Source: Gammaproteobacteria bacterium
Lineage (GTDB): Bacteria > Pseudomonadota > Gammaproteobacteria > Pseudomonadales > Azotimanducaceae
Assembly (NCBI GenBank): GCA_038131595.1
Contig: JAYPPR010000003.1
Coordinates: 144,764 to 208,763, forward strand
DNA length: 64,000 nt
Direction: 5' to 3'
Below are positions 1 to 9,027 of this stretch, piece by piece. The notes below the pieces were generated by a model. The model was given only the letters and a program-made list of their open reading frames with translations, searched no databases and was not told the origin of the DNA. Position numbers and translations under genes: made by a program. Each line of letters starts with the position of its first letter. Within the stretch, counting starts at the first letter, position 1.

Positions 1-1459
1 CTGCCCGGCCTTGGCTCAGATTGCGGGCTAGTCTTTTGCCCAGTTCGACTCCCCATTGGTCGAAGGCATTGATATTGAAGAGCGCCGCGAGCGTGAAGAC
101 CTTGTGCTCATAGAGGGCAATGAGCTGGCCAAGGGATGCTGCATCGTATCGACTAAATATCAGGGCTGACGAGGGGCGATTGCCTGGGTAATGCCGGTGT
201 TGGTCCGATGAGTGATCACCAAACGCCAGCGCACTCATCTGTGCGACTAGATTCTGATTGAGGAGTCGCTGCTGTTCGCTCAGATCCGTCTCGACCTCAG
301 TGAATCCAATGAAGTCCACGGGGATCAGCAGGCGCCCTTGGTGGAGCAGCTGGAAAAACGCGTGTTGTGCGTTGGTTCCTGGTTGACCCCAAATCACGGT
401 CCCGGTTTGGTAGGTCAACGGCTCTCCCTCTCTACTAGCAGACTTGCCAAGACTTTCCATCTCAAGCTGCTGCAAAAAAGAAGGTAGTAGCGACAATCGT
501 TGGCTATAGGGGATGATGGCCGCCGTCTCAGCGCCAAGCATTGTCCCGTACCAAAAGGCGAGCAGGGCCATGATGACTGGAATGTTCCTTTCGGGCGGGC
601 TGTCTGCAAAATGGCGATCGATGCGTTCAGCGCCTGCTAGTAGGCGCTCGAAACGGTCGTAGCCGAGATGAAGACTGATGGCTAAGCCAACGCTCGACCA
701 TAATGAATATCGTCCACCGATATCCTCGCTGAACCCAAATGTTGCGTCCTCGGGTATACCAAACTGAGAGGACTTGTCGACCGCCACCGTAACCGCCGCA
801 AAGTGAGCGTCGATGTTAGCCTCAGGGTCGAGCTTAGACTTGAGCCAGGTCCTCGCTCTTGATGCGTTGTCCAGCGTTTCAAGGGTTGTAAACGTTTTGC
901 TTACGATAATGAAAAGCGTTGTTTCTGGGTCGCATTTAGCCAACGTTCTCGCGAGATCTGCGCCATCGATATTGGCGACGAAGTGCATGGAAAACTGGGC
1001 CGCCGGATCGTCCTGTAGCGCATCGCAAAGAAGGCGCGGGCCAAAGTCAGACCCGCCGATGCCGATATTCACGATGTGCTCAAATGGTCGGCCGCTCGAG
1101 CCGTGACGCTCTCCCTTGCGGATCGATTCGCTGAATCGCTTGAGGGCTTGCTGAGTGGGGTCGTTGCTGACGAATGTTTTTTTTCGGATGCGGGTGTGCC
1201 CAACGGCTCGTTGCTCTGTCAGGTTGATGGCCTGACCCTCAAACATCCCCTGCCTGAGGCTGTTAAAGGGTGAGTCGTCCAGCGCCTGAACGAGCGCTTT
1301 AAAAATTGAGGGGCTTATTTGATGGTGGTTGAAGTTGAATGTCAGGTCGCCTAGTTGCACCTCACTCATCGCGATCCACTCGTCACTTGCAACTGCCTCC
1401 GCCACCGAGGGTCGTGAACGGGACAATGATTCGAGCGTGGACCAGTCGCGTTGGCGCAT
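1..1459 (-). CDS. pgi: glucose-6-phosphate isomerase, 3' end cut by window edge
   Basis: Hand translation of the minus strand from ATG 1459 gives MRQRDWSTLESL...GQAINLTEQRAVGHTR...HIVNIGIGGSDFGPRLL...LIALYEHKVFTLAALFNINAFDQWGVELGKRLA, which carries classic PGI signatures. It is absent from the ORF track only because no stop codon lies inside the window. Confidence 0.9.
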   Translation of the reverse strand, partial: MRQRDWSTLESLSRSRPSVAEAVASDEWIAMSEVQLGDLTFNFNHHQISPSIFKALVQALDDSPFNSLRQGMFEGQAINLTEQRAVGHTRIRKKTFVSNDPTQQALKRFSESIRKGERHGSSGRPFEHIVNIGIGGSDFGPRLLCDALQDDPAAQFSMHFVANIDGADLARTLAKCDPETTLFIIVSKTFTTLETLDNASRARTWLKSKLDPEANIDAHFAAVTVAVDKSSQFGIPEDATFGFSEDIGGRYSLWSSVGLAISLHLGYDRFERLLAGAERIDRHFADSPPERNIPVIMALLAFWYGTMLGAETAAIIPYSQRLSLLPSFLQQLEMESLGKSASREGEPLTYQTGTVIWGQPGTNAQHAFFQLLHQGRLLIPVDFIGFTEVETDLSEQQRLLNQNLVAQMSALAFGDHSSDQHRHYPGNRPSSALIFSRYDAASLGQLIALYEHKVFTLAALFNINAFDQWGVELGKRLARNLSQGRA

Positions 1460-1860
1460 GATGAGATCCGCTTAGAGATGGGGTTTAAGTATAACCGAGC
1501 CTCGCTCGCCAGTTGATGTTTGTCACTCTGCGGTGGCTATCGTATCGGGAGGATGCGTACAATTTGCGCGGTTGCAAGTGCACTTGCCCAGAGATTGGTC
1601 GCACAAAGTAGAACGATCCAGATAACGAATGATAGCAGGGTGCGTTAATCTGAGCGCAGGAAATCGACTTGGGTACCTCAGTTCTAGCGAGTGATAGCGT
1701 TCAGAGGGAGGCTTTTAAGACGCTAGCCTCGCGTCAGGCAGGACGCTTGTGGGGGTTCTGCGCAGATGGGGAGGCGATCAAGTCAATCAGTCACTGAAGG
1801 TGACGGTAGCGATTAGCTTCGGATAGCCGAATCACTCCTCAAGAGGCGCATAAGTAAAGG

Positions 1861-1932
1861 GGCGGTGAAAAGGGTGGTGAAAAGCGTATTAAAAATAGCG
1901 GTGAAAGGGCGGTAAGAAGAGCGGCGAAAAAA
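1861..1932. repeat. six degenerate 12-bp tandem units with a phased A-tract (consensus approx GCGGTGAAAAGG)
   Basis: Read directly: ggcggtgaaaag / ggtggtgaaaag / cgtattaaaaat / agcggtgaaagg / gcggtaagaaga / gcggcgaaaaaa. It lies in the divergent pgi / 2098 intergenic region. Confidence 0.6.
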
Positions 1933-2097
1933 CGGCTGGCAATTGAGTGGCAATCTTTTGGAGTGACAGAAGCATCGGCCGGCCTGATTGACCTGGACCT
2001 GATCAGCGCCTGCTTGGGCGTGGCGTGTTTGATGGCCGATAGGGTAGAGGCGATGGTTGGGCAGTGCGATCACTCGGCGGACACAGTGTGAAACGGT

Positions 2098-4236
2098 ATG
2101 AATAAATGGATAGTTGGCCTGGTAGTGCTGGGCGCTTTACTGATGGCATGGGCGCTTGGGCTTCAAGACCTTTTGACCCTCAGCAACGTGAAAACCCAAC
2201 AGGTAGTGCTGGGCGATTGGGTCTCTAGCGAGCCGGTGCTCAGCGCAATCGCGTTTTCATTAGTGTATGTCCTGATGACGACCTTTAGCGTGCCGGGTGC
2301 CGCGCTAATGACGCTTTTAGCCGGCGCATTATTCGGGTGGGTTGCGGGTGTAGTGCTGGTGTTGCTCAGCGCTAGTATTGGCGCGCTGCTTGCGATGTTG
2401 ATGGCTCGCTACGTCCTGCGAGATTGGGTTGCTAGCCGTTATCGAAAGGCAATGGCGAGTGTTAATGCACAGATGGAAAAACAAGGTGCGTTTTACTTAT
2501 TCACCTTGCGCCTAGTCCCGCTCTTCCCGTTTTTTCTCGTTAATTTACTCATGGGCCTCACGACCATGGCTTGGTCGCGCTATTTCTGGGTGTCCGCGCT
2601 CGGTATGGCGCCGGGAACGATGGTGTATGTCAATGCGGGTGCGGAACTGAGTGCGATTGACTCGCTAGATGGGGTGCTGGCGCCCGATGTGTTGTTAGCC
2701 TTTGTGCTTTTGGCAGCGCTGCCGTGGTTAGCAAAGAGTGGTCTCGCAAGGTGGTCGAGGTTTAAGCGGTATCGTGGCTTTCAGCGGCCCAAGCATTATG
2801 ACTATGACCTGATTGTCATTGGGGCGGGGTCAGGCGGTTTGGTAGCCGCGCTCATCGCAAGCACTTTAAAAGCTCGGGTTGCGTTGGTGGAGGCTGGTGA
2901 TATGGGCGGCGATTGCCTAAACACTGGCTGCGTCCCGAGCAAAGCGTTGTTGGCAAGGGCAGGAGTGGCCCAAAAAGCAAGAGATGCATCAGGGTTTGGT
3001 GTATCAACGGGCCCGGTTTCAGTCGACTTCGAAGCGGTGATGAGCCAGGTTGAAGCCGCTATCGCGACTATTGCGCCCAACGATTCAGTTGAGCGTTACA
3101 CGGCGCTTGGTGTCGATGTGATTAAAGGATGGGCTCAGCTCCCATCGCCTTTCGAGGTGCAGGTCAATGACCAGACGTTTTCATCACGCTCGATCATCAT
3201 GGCGAGCGGCGCGTCTCCCATCGTGCCTGATGTGGCCGGCGCTATCACGGTGCCCGTGCTGACATCGGACAGTATCTGGTCACTTCAAGCGTTGCCCAAA
3301 AGACTCCTGGTGGTCGGTGGCGGCGCCATCGGTTGCGAAATGGCTCAAGCTTTTCAGCGGTTGGGTAGCCAGGTTGTCTTGGTAGAGGCAATGTCTCGGT
3401 TAGTCGCGAGGGAAGAGCCGGAGGTGAGCGATCGATTGGAGGCAAGCCTCGCTAAAGAAGGCATCGAGATTTTCTGTAATGCGCGCTTCAATGGGCAGCG
3501 GCCCAAGGGGCAGATGGAAATACTAACGAGTGGCCATGAGAGCGATGGTCACCTCGTTGAAGTCGATGCCGTGCTCTTCGCATTAGGTCGAACACCAACG
3601 CTAGATTCGAGAACCCAGGAGACGTTGCGATTCTCCCTTGGTCGAGGAGGGAGTCTCCAAGTCAATGAATCGCTACAAACCGACTACCCAAACATTTATG
3701 GCGTTGGGGATGTAACTGGACAGATCCAATTGACGCACGCGGCATCCCACATGGCTTGGACTGCTGCGGTCAACGCGCTGTTTGGTGATGTCTATGCGCT
3801 GAAAGTCGATTTCTCTGTTATGCCGAGCTGTATTTACACTACGCCAGAAGTGGCTCGCGTAGGCGCGACTAAAGAGGGTCTTGCAGAAGAGGGCCGAGCG
3901 TTTGAAGTCACTCGGTTCGAGTTGAGCGACCTAGACCGCGCGATCGCTGAAAACAACACGAGTGGATTCGTGCAAGTGCTGACCGAGCCTGGCTCTGATC
4001 GATTGTTGGGTGCCACGATTGTTGCGCCGCATGCGGGCGAGATGCTATCTGAGTTCGTGCTCGCGATGCGGTGGGGCCTAGGACTGAACAAGATTTTGTC
4101 GACTGTACATGCCTATCCCACATGGTCAGAGGCCAACAAACGCGTGGCGGGTGTTTGGCGCCAAAAATCGAAGCCAGAGTGGGCGCTCAATATCCTACAG
4201 CGGTATTTTGCTTGGCGCCGAGGAAAGGCCCAGTAA
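2098..4236 (+). CDS. fusion protein: N-terminal DedA/TVP38-TMEM64 membrane domain plus C-terminal FAD-dependent pyridine nucleotide-disulfide oxidoreductase
   Basis: The N-terminal ~225 aa are multi-TM with a SNARE-associated/DedA-like pattern (FTLRLVPLFPFFLVNLLMG). The C-terminal part has the GxGxGG FAD motif (VIGAGSGG), the redox-active disulfide GGDCLNTGCVPSK, a second dinucleotide fold (VVGGGAIGCEMAQ) and a dimerisation domain (HAYPTWSE). Confidence 0.85.
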   Translation: MNKWIVGLVVLGALLMAWALGLQDLLTLSNVKTQQVVLGDWVSSEPVLSAIAFSLVYVLMTTFSVPGAALMTLLAGALFGWVAGVVLVLLSASIGALLAMLMARYVLRDWVASRYRKAMASVNAQMEKQGAFYLFTLRLVPLFPFFLVNLLMGLTTMAWSRYFWVSALGMAPGTMVYVNAGAELSAIDSLDGVLAPDVLLAFVLLAALPWLAKSGLARWSRFKRYRGFQRPKHYDYDLIVIGAGSGGLVAALIASTLKARVALVEAGDMGGDCLNTGCVPSKALLARAGVAQKARDASGFGVSTGPVSVDFEAVMSQVEAAIATIAPNDSVERYTALGVDVIKGWAQLPSPFEVQVNDQTFSSRSIIMASGASPIVPDVAGAITVPVLTSDSIWSLQALPKRLLVVGGGAIGCEMAQAFQRLGSQVVLVEAMSRLVAREEPEVSDRLEASLAKEGIEIFCNARFNGQRPKGQMEILTSGHESDGHLVEVDAVLFALGRTPTLDSRTQETLRFSLGRGGSLQVNESLQTDYPNIYGVGDVTGQIQLTHAASHMAWTAAVNALFGDVYALKVDFSVMPSCIYTTPEVARVGATKEGLAEEGRAFEVTRFELSDLDRAIAENNTSGFVQVLTEPGSDRLLGATIVAPHAGEMLSEFVLAMRWGLGLNKILSTVHAYPTWSEANKRVAGVWRQKSKPEWALNILQRYFAWRRGKAQ

Positions 4237-4292
4237 ATAGTAGGTTATCGGATAGAGATCTAGTGATTAGAGCGTAAATCGATCGAGAGATA

Positions 4293-4324
4293 GTGGATAA
4301 GTGGATAAGTGGATAAGTGGGTAA
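4293..4324. repeat. 8-bp microsatellite, 4 units (gtggataa x3, gtgggtaa)
   Basis: Read directly. It lies in the convergent intergenic region between 4236 and 4450. Confidence 0.8.
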
Positions 4325-4449
4325 TTAGAACGTGGTTGAGGTTAGCTGGCAGGATCAGCCAGAGGTTGCAAAACAACGAGATACAATTGAGCGAAAGGAT
4401 TGTTCAGCCAATTCCAGCGCCTATCCCTTACCCACCGCCGGCGAAGCCG

Positions 4450-5532
4450 CTAATAGCCTTCATCCAATGAGAGGAGTGGGAAAGCCGACAGCACATCGCT
4501 GTCCGTAACCACAGGGGCGTTTTCCACCAGCGCTGGTGTTAAGTCACTTAAGCGTGGCGTGCCGCAAAGCGCCATAGTCTCAACGATTTCGGCGCGCAGG
4601 ATGCGAAGGCATGCGGTCAGTGCTTCAACGCCACCCGCGGCCAGCGCCCAGGCTTCGAGGCGACCAAGTCCCACCATGTTTGCACCCATGGCAATGGCCT
4701 TAACGATGTCACTGCCTCGATAAAATCCCCCGTCAACGATCAGGGGAACGGGGATGTCGATCTCCCTGACAACGTCCTCAAGCACGTCAAGCGCGCCAGG
4801 CCCGTGGTCGAGCTGCCTGCCGCCATGGTTGGACAAATAAATGGCGTCCATCCCAATGTCCAGCGCACGCCTAACATCGTCGACACGACTGAGTCCTTTC
4901 AAAAAGATCGGGATCGTCGATTTTTGCTTGATTCGTTCAATATCCTTCCAGGAGAGCTTGGCCTGGAACGTAAAATCCCCGTGGCCGGCTGCTTGGGAGG
5001 TTGGAATAACCCGTTTTGCGATATCGCGTTCACGGCGGCTGACAACAGCGGTATCTACCGTTAGGCACAGCCCCAGATAACCGCTGGCAGTGACGCGAGC
5101 CAACACCTCGTCGACCCATGCGTCATCACCGCGAACATACAATTGGTAAAATTTAGGGTTGTTTGCTGCCGCGGCGATATCCTCAATGCTTGGTGAGCAA
5201 ACAGAACTTGCCATGCTGGCAATCCCGGCGTTTTCAGCTGCGATCGCAGCACTGGCACCACCCCCCGCATCGAACACTTGCAGCGAACCGATCGGGGCGA
5301 GCATGACCGGCATGGCGAGCGTCGCGCCGAAGAATTCTGTGGTGCAATCGATACTGGAGACATCGTTTAATACGAAGGGCCGCAACGCGCGCCCGTCAAT
5401 GGCGTGTCGGTTTCGCTTTAGCGTCGTCTCGGTTTCCGTGCCGCCGATGAGGTAGTCCCAATCGGTTTGATTGAGGTTCAGCCGAGCGGCCTTCACGATC
5501 TCGTGAAGTGTTCGAAATCGGTCTTTTTTCAT
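4450..5532 (-). CDS. FMN-dependent alpha-hydroxy acid dehydrogenase/oxidase (L-lactate dehydrogenase/glycolate oxidase family)
   Basis: Family motifs are present: SNHGGRQLD and DGGFYRGSDIVKAIAMGA. The ORF runs to 5571, but the ATG at 5532 (MKKDRF) has an AAGGTG SD 7 nt upstream. Confidence 0.85.
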   Translation of the reverse strand: MKKDRFRTLHEIVKAARLNLNQTDWDYLIGGTETETTLKRNRHAIDGRALRPFVLNDVSSIDCTTEFFGATLAMPVMLAPIGSLQVFDAGGGASAAIAAENAGIASMASSVCSPSIEDIAAAANNPKFYQLYVRGDDAWVDEVLARVTASGYLGLCLTVDTAVVSRRERDIAKRVIPTSQAAGHGDFTFQAKLSWKDIERIKQKSTIPIFLKGLSRVDDVRRALDIGMDAIYLSNHGGRQLDHGPGALDVLEDVVREIDIPVPLIVDGGFYRGSDIVKAIAMGANMVGLGRLEAWALAAGGVEALTACLRILRAEIVETMALCGTPRLSDLTPALVENAPVVTDSDVLSAFPLLSLDEGY

Positions 5533-5595
5533 CGATGGCACCTTATTTTGTCCAAACCGGCTATGGCGCATAAAGCCGCTTCCGCCTAATTTGGC

Positions 5596-5623
5596 TTGAC
5601 TCGGAAAAGCGCTTCTGTAGAGT
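5596..5623 (+). promoter_or_regulatory. candidate sigma70 promoter (TTGACT, 16 nt spacer, TAGAGT)
   Basis: Read directly. It lies 37 nt upstream of the small ORF at 5660. Confidence 0.3.
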
Positions 5624-5659
5624 TAACCAAACCAAAACGACCTAGCGCAAGGAGTTGCT

Positions 5660-5785
5660 ATGAGCTCAGAGATCGAGCAAGCAGAAGCCGAAGATCAATC
5701 CACGGTACGCAATCTGGCGTTGATGATGGCCGGCTTTGGTGGACTAACGGTCATCCTCATTATTATCGCCCAGATGGTTGTCTAG
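5660..5785 (+). CDS. small membrane protein, 41 aa (below ORF-track cutoff)
   Basis: Hand translation gives MSSEIEQAEAEDQSTVRNLALMMAGFGGLTVILIIIAQMVV. An AAGGAG SD sits 7 nt upstream of the ATG. The protein has an acidic N-terminus and one clear TM helix, and it ends 24 nt before the next gene. Confidence 0.45.
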   Translation: MSSEIEQAEAEDQSTVRNLALMMAGFGGLTVILIIIAQMVV

Positions 5786-5809
5786 CACACGACAGGAATC
5801 AACCACTCC

Positions 5810-6391
5810 TTGGCCAATCTCTCGGTCATTCCCCGATCCATCCGGCTCATCACACTGGTGTGCTGTCTTGGGCCTGCAGAGGCGAGTGAACCAAACTCCC
5901 GCGACGCTAATGCCAACCCAGATAGCGCTAGCGCGCAGAGACTGACTGACGCGCAAGCGCTCAGCGAGATGCGCGCGGTAGTCGAGCAAGTGGAATACCC
6001 AGCACTTATTTCGATTGACGAGACCGGACAGCCCAGAGCCCGAACGGTTGATGCCTTTACACCGGACGATAACTGGGTAGTTTGGGTGGCAACCAAGCCA
6101 AACACTCGAAAAGTGGCTCAGATACGCGAGCGCCCAGCGGTGACGCTCTATTATTTCGATGTCGCGAACCGCAACTACGTGACAGTGATGGGTACGGCTG
6201 AACTAGTCGGTGATGACCAAGTCAAAAGTCGGATGCGAAGGGATAGCGACCACGCTGGACTGTATCCTGACTTCCCCCACGACTACCTTTTGATCAAGAT
6301 CACGCCTTCTATCATCGAAGGGCTCATTCCCAGTTACAGAGGCGATCCATCCAACTGGGCGCCCTTCAGGGTGGACTTAACCGACGGGTGA
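5810..6391 (+). CDS. pyridoxamine 5'-phosphate oxidase-like FMN-binding split-barrel family protein with N-terminal signal peptide
   Basis: The pattern ALISIDETGQPRARTVDAF..DNWVVWVATKPNTRKVAQIRERPAVTLYYFD is typical of the PNPOx/general stress protein 26 family. The start is TTG, and the N-terminus RSIRLITLVCCLGPAEA looks like a Sec signal. Confidence 0.7.
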   Translation: MANLSVIPRSIRLITLVCCLGPAEASEPNSRDANANPDSASAQRLTDAQALSEMRAVVEQVEYPALISIDETGQPRARTVDAFTPDDNWVVWVATKPNTRKVAQIRERPAVTLYYFDVANRNYVTVMGTAELVGDDQVKSRMRRDSDHAGLYPDFPHDYLLIKITPSIIEGLIPSYRGDPSNWAPFRVDLTDG

Positions 6392-7474
6392 ATCGGACCG
6401 CTCAATTTTGATGATGGAACCGTTATCCGAATCAGTGAGTAGGTAAAGAGCGCCCTGATCATCCTCTACAATCGCTCTGATCCGCGCTTCAAATTCAGAA
6501 AACAAGGATTCCTCCAGCGTCGCTCCAAACTCGTCAGTGGTAACCCGCTTCACGTCCTGATCCACCAACGTGCTGATGAAGAGTTGACCTTGCCACTTTG
6601 GGAACTGTTCTCCCTGGTAAATCAGTAAATGTGACGGGCCGATACTGGGTGTGAAGTAAAGGGCGGGGTCTGTGATGCCTTCATACGAGGTGAGCGGGCT
6701 GATTTTTGCGCCTGAATAGTTGATGCCAAAGCTCGTGGCCGGCCATCCGTAGTTTGCGCCTGGAGAAACGCGGTTTAGCTCATCGCCGCCACGGGGCCCA
6801 TGCTCATGCATCCAAATGGTCCCAGTGTTTGGATCGACGGCAAGGCCCTGGGGGTTTCTGTGCCCAAGACTGTAGAGATAAGGGAACCCCTGTTCAGCCA
6901 TGGGGTTGTTGGCTGCCGGCTTGCCCTCATCAGTCATGCGCAAGACTTTTCCTAACTGGCTCGCTGGATCCTGAGGGGCCTCGCGGTACTCAAAGCCGTC
7001 TCCGGTGGTTAGAAGTAATGTGCCATCCTCGAGCCACGCAAGTTTGCCGCCGTAATGCGCTGGGGTATCTTTGTCTGGAGAGACTCGGAATATGCGCGTC
7101 ATATCGATTAGTTGATTGTCGTTGAGCGTGCCCGAATAGATGGCTGTGCCATTTGCATCAGGCGTTCCGTCTGCGAGTGCAAGATAGACCCGTTTATTCT
7201 CTGTGAATTGAGGGTGCAGGCTAAGATCAAAATATCCCCCCTGGCTTGCGACATAGGTGGCGGGGCCGCCAGAGACGGGTGTCGTCGCGCCCGTGTTGAG
7301 ATCCATCAGTAAAAGGTCGCCCGCTCGGGTGGCGATCAACCCGCTGCTCGGTGCGACTTGCACCATGGACCAAGGGTAGTTGAGTCCAGTCGCCAGAGTG
7401 GTCGCTTGATAGTCGGCTCGGACGGTTTCGATCGCACCGAGACAGGTGATGAGTAAAGTAAGAATAATGCGCAC
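6377..7474 (-). CDS. PQQ-dependent sugar dehydrogenase (soluble aldose/sorbosone dehydrogenase family)
   Basis: Motifs GLNYPWSM, LGHRNPQGLA and HEHGPRGGDELN are present. The ORF extends to 7729, but the GTG at 7474 is preceded by TAAGGAGG at 5 nt and yields a signal peptide (RIILTLLITCLGAIETVRA). Confidence 0.85.
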   Translation of the reverse strand: MRIILTLLITCLGAIETVRADYQATTLATGLNYPWSMVQVAPSSGLIATRAGDLLLMDLNTGATTPVSGGPATYVASQGGYFDLSLHPQFTENKRVYLALADGTPDANGTAIYSGTLNDNQLIDMTRIFRVSPDKDTPAHYGGKLAWLEDGTLLLTTGDGFEYREAPQDPASQLGKVLRMTDEGKPAANNPMAEQGFPYLYSLGHRNPQGLAVDPNTGTIWMHEHGPRGGDELNRVSPGANYGWPATSFGINYSGAKISPLTSYEGITDPALYFTPSIGPSHLLIYQGEQFPKWQGQLFISTLVDQDVKRVTTDEFGATLEESLFSEFEARIRAIVEDDQGALYLLTDSDNGSIIKIERSDSPVG

Positions 7475-7652
7475 AGCGGCCTCCTTATTAGCGGTGCAAG
7501 TATACCGACTAGGATAACAATCTGCCTCTGCATCCTGGTGTTGATCCCCCTTAGAGCCATAGTGGCTTGGTGTAGGGGGCAAAGTTCGTTGGTAATTCAC
7601 TTTGATTTTTCTATACTGCGTTGCGTTGCCAAGGATCAAACAAGGACAGGAA

Positions 7653-8108
7653 ATGAAAACCATAGGCGCATTCGTGGTTGCAGCCATCGGCGGATACTTA
7701 ATTGCAGCCGTCATGGTGTCCTGGGTCAATATGCAATCGATTGTTGATTTGGGCTTCGAGATAACCGTCGCTCAACGGCTCGACACCATCACTCACGATG
7801 TGATGTCGCTCGGCATGACCTATTTGCCGCTCATGACCATTGCACTGCTGATTGGGTTCCTCGTTGCCGCAGGAATTATTCGTCTGAAACCCTCACTTGC
7901 GTTTATTGGCTATATCCTTGCCGGTTTCGCCGCCGTAGTGGCGCTGCACGTCATCATGAAAGCGGTACTTGGACTAACGGGCATCGCAGCAGTGCGTGGG
8001 CCACTAGGGTTAGTATCGCAGGGGTTGGCAGGCGCATTCGCGGGATGGATCTTTTTCAGAATCAAACTGGGCGCACCTATCGCCGCAAGGGATGATAACG
8101 CCCAATAA
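7653..8108 (+). CDS. hypothetical integral membrane protein (about 4 TM helices)
   Basis: The ATG at 7653 follows AGGACAGGA. The translation MKTIGAFVVAAIGGYLIAAVMV... is hydrophobic throughout. I recognised no family. Confidence 0.55.
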   Translation: MKTIGAFVVAAIGGYLIAAVMVSWVNMQSIVDLGFEITVAQRLDTITHDVMSLGMTYLPLMTIALLIGFLVAAGIIRLKPSLAFIGYILAGFAAVVALHVIMKAVLGLTGIAAVRGPLGLVSQGLAGAFAGWIFFRIKLGAPIAARDDNAQ

Positions 8109-8214
8109 ACGCGGGGCCGTCATAGCAGACTTTAAACGAAACACGTCTCGTTGCTATCGATCCCGTCCGACTTCGTCGCAGCGCCAGGCGAGGGAGCTGA
8201 CGCCCGGCCCTGCT

Positions 8215-8793
8215 TTATTTGATCTCGTCAATGGATGAGATAATCGCTCCGACGATGCCGTATTCGATGGCCTCTTCCGCACTCATCCAATAATCTCGAT
8301 CCGTATCCTGCTCGACTCGCTCAATCGGTTGCCCTGTTTCGTTTGCGATAATTTGGTTAATCCGTTGTTTCGTTTTTAGGATTTCTTCCATTTGAATCTT
8401 GATGTCGGTGGCATCGCCTCTTGAACCACCTGACGGCTGATGCACGAGATAACGAGTATTGGGTAGCGAATAGCGATTTTCTTTTTTCGCCGCCAAATAG
8501 ATGTTGGTGGCGGCGCTGGCGACCCATCCTGTGCCCACGACGCGCACAGTGGGCCTAATAAACTTAATCATGTCGTAGATCACGTCCCCAGATTCCACGT
8601 GACCGCCGGGCGAGCTGATGTAAATCGTAATCGGATCATCATTGTCTTCCGAAAGCGCTAGGAGTTGCTGGGCAACGCTCTTCGCCAGCTTCTCGTTGAT
8701 GCCCCCAAAGATCGAAATCGATCGTGACTTAAAGAGCTTCTCCTCCATAAGTCCGTTGGGTCGTGCTTGCGCTTCTTCTTTTGAGTCAGACAT
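8215..8793 (-). CDS. ClpP-family serine protease subunit (orphan paralog, no clpX/clpA neighbour)
   Basis: It aligns by eye to ClpP: YISSPGG, the Ser in GWVASAAT, the His in LVHQPSGG and the Asp in DTDRDYWMSAEEA. Confidence 0.85.
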   Translation of the reverse strand: MSDSKEEAQARPNGLMEEKLFKSRSISIFGGINEKLAKSVAQQLLALSEDNDDPITIYISSPGGHVESGDVIYDMIKFIRPTVRVVGTGWVASAATNIYLAAKKENRYSLPNTRYLVHQPSGGSRGDATDIKIQMEEILKTKQRINQIIANETGQPIERVEQDTDRDYWMSAEEAIEYGIVGAIISSIDEIK

Positions 8794-9027
8794 GAGGTCC
8801 TCGATTAAATGTTGGAGACAATCAATCCGGTCGCTGGCTTGTCAGGATGCCCGGGAAAGGCCATGACTTGCCACGGTTTGTTAATAGGGGCGAAGCATAC
8901 CAAGTGGTTGCCCAACTCGCCACGGCTCACATGGAATTGGGCACGCCACCGGCTATTGCCAACTGGCCTTTAGGGACGTGATAGCATGCTTGCTACGCCA
9001 ACAAATGATTGTACGAGGAGAGAGAGT

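Noticed and set aside
1547-1642. 31-aa ORF (MRTICAVASALAQRLVAQSRTIQITNDSRVR) after a GGGAGG
   Set aside because: The SD-like sequence abuts the ATG with no spacing. The peptide is featureless.
1813-2073. 86-aa minus-strand ORF in the pgi / 2098 intergenic region
   Set aside because: Its sequence (…FTAIFNTLFTTLFTAPLL…) is just the translation of the 12-bp A-tract repeat. It has no SD and no family resemblance.
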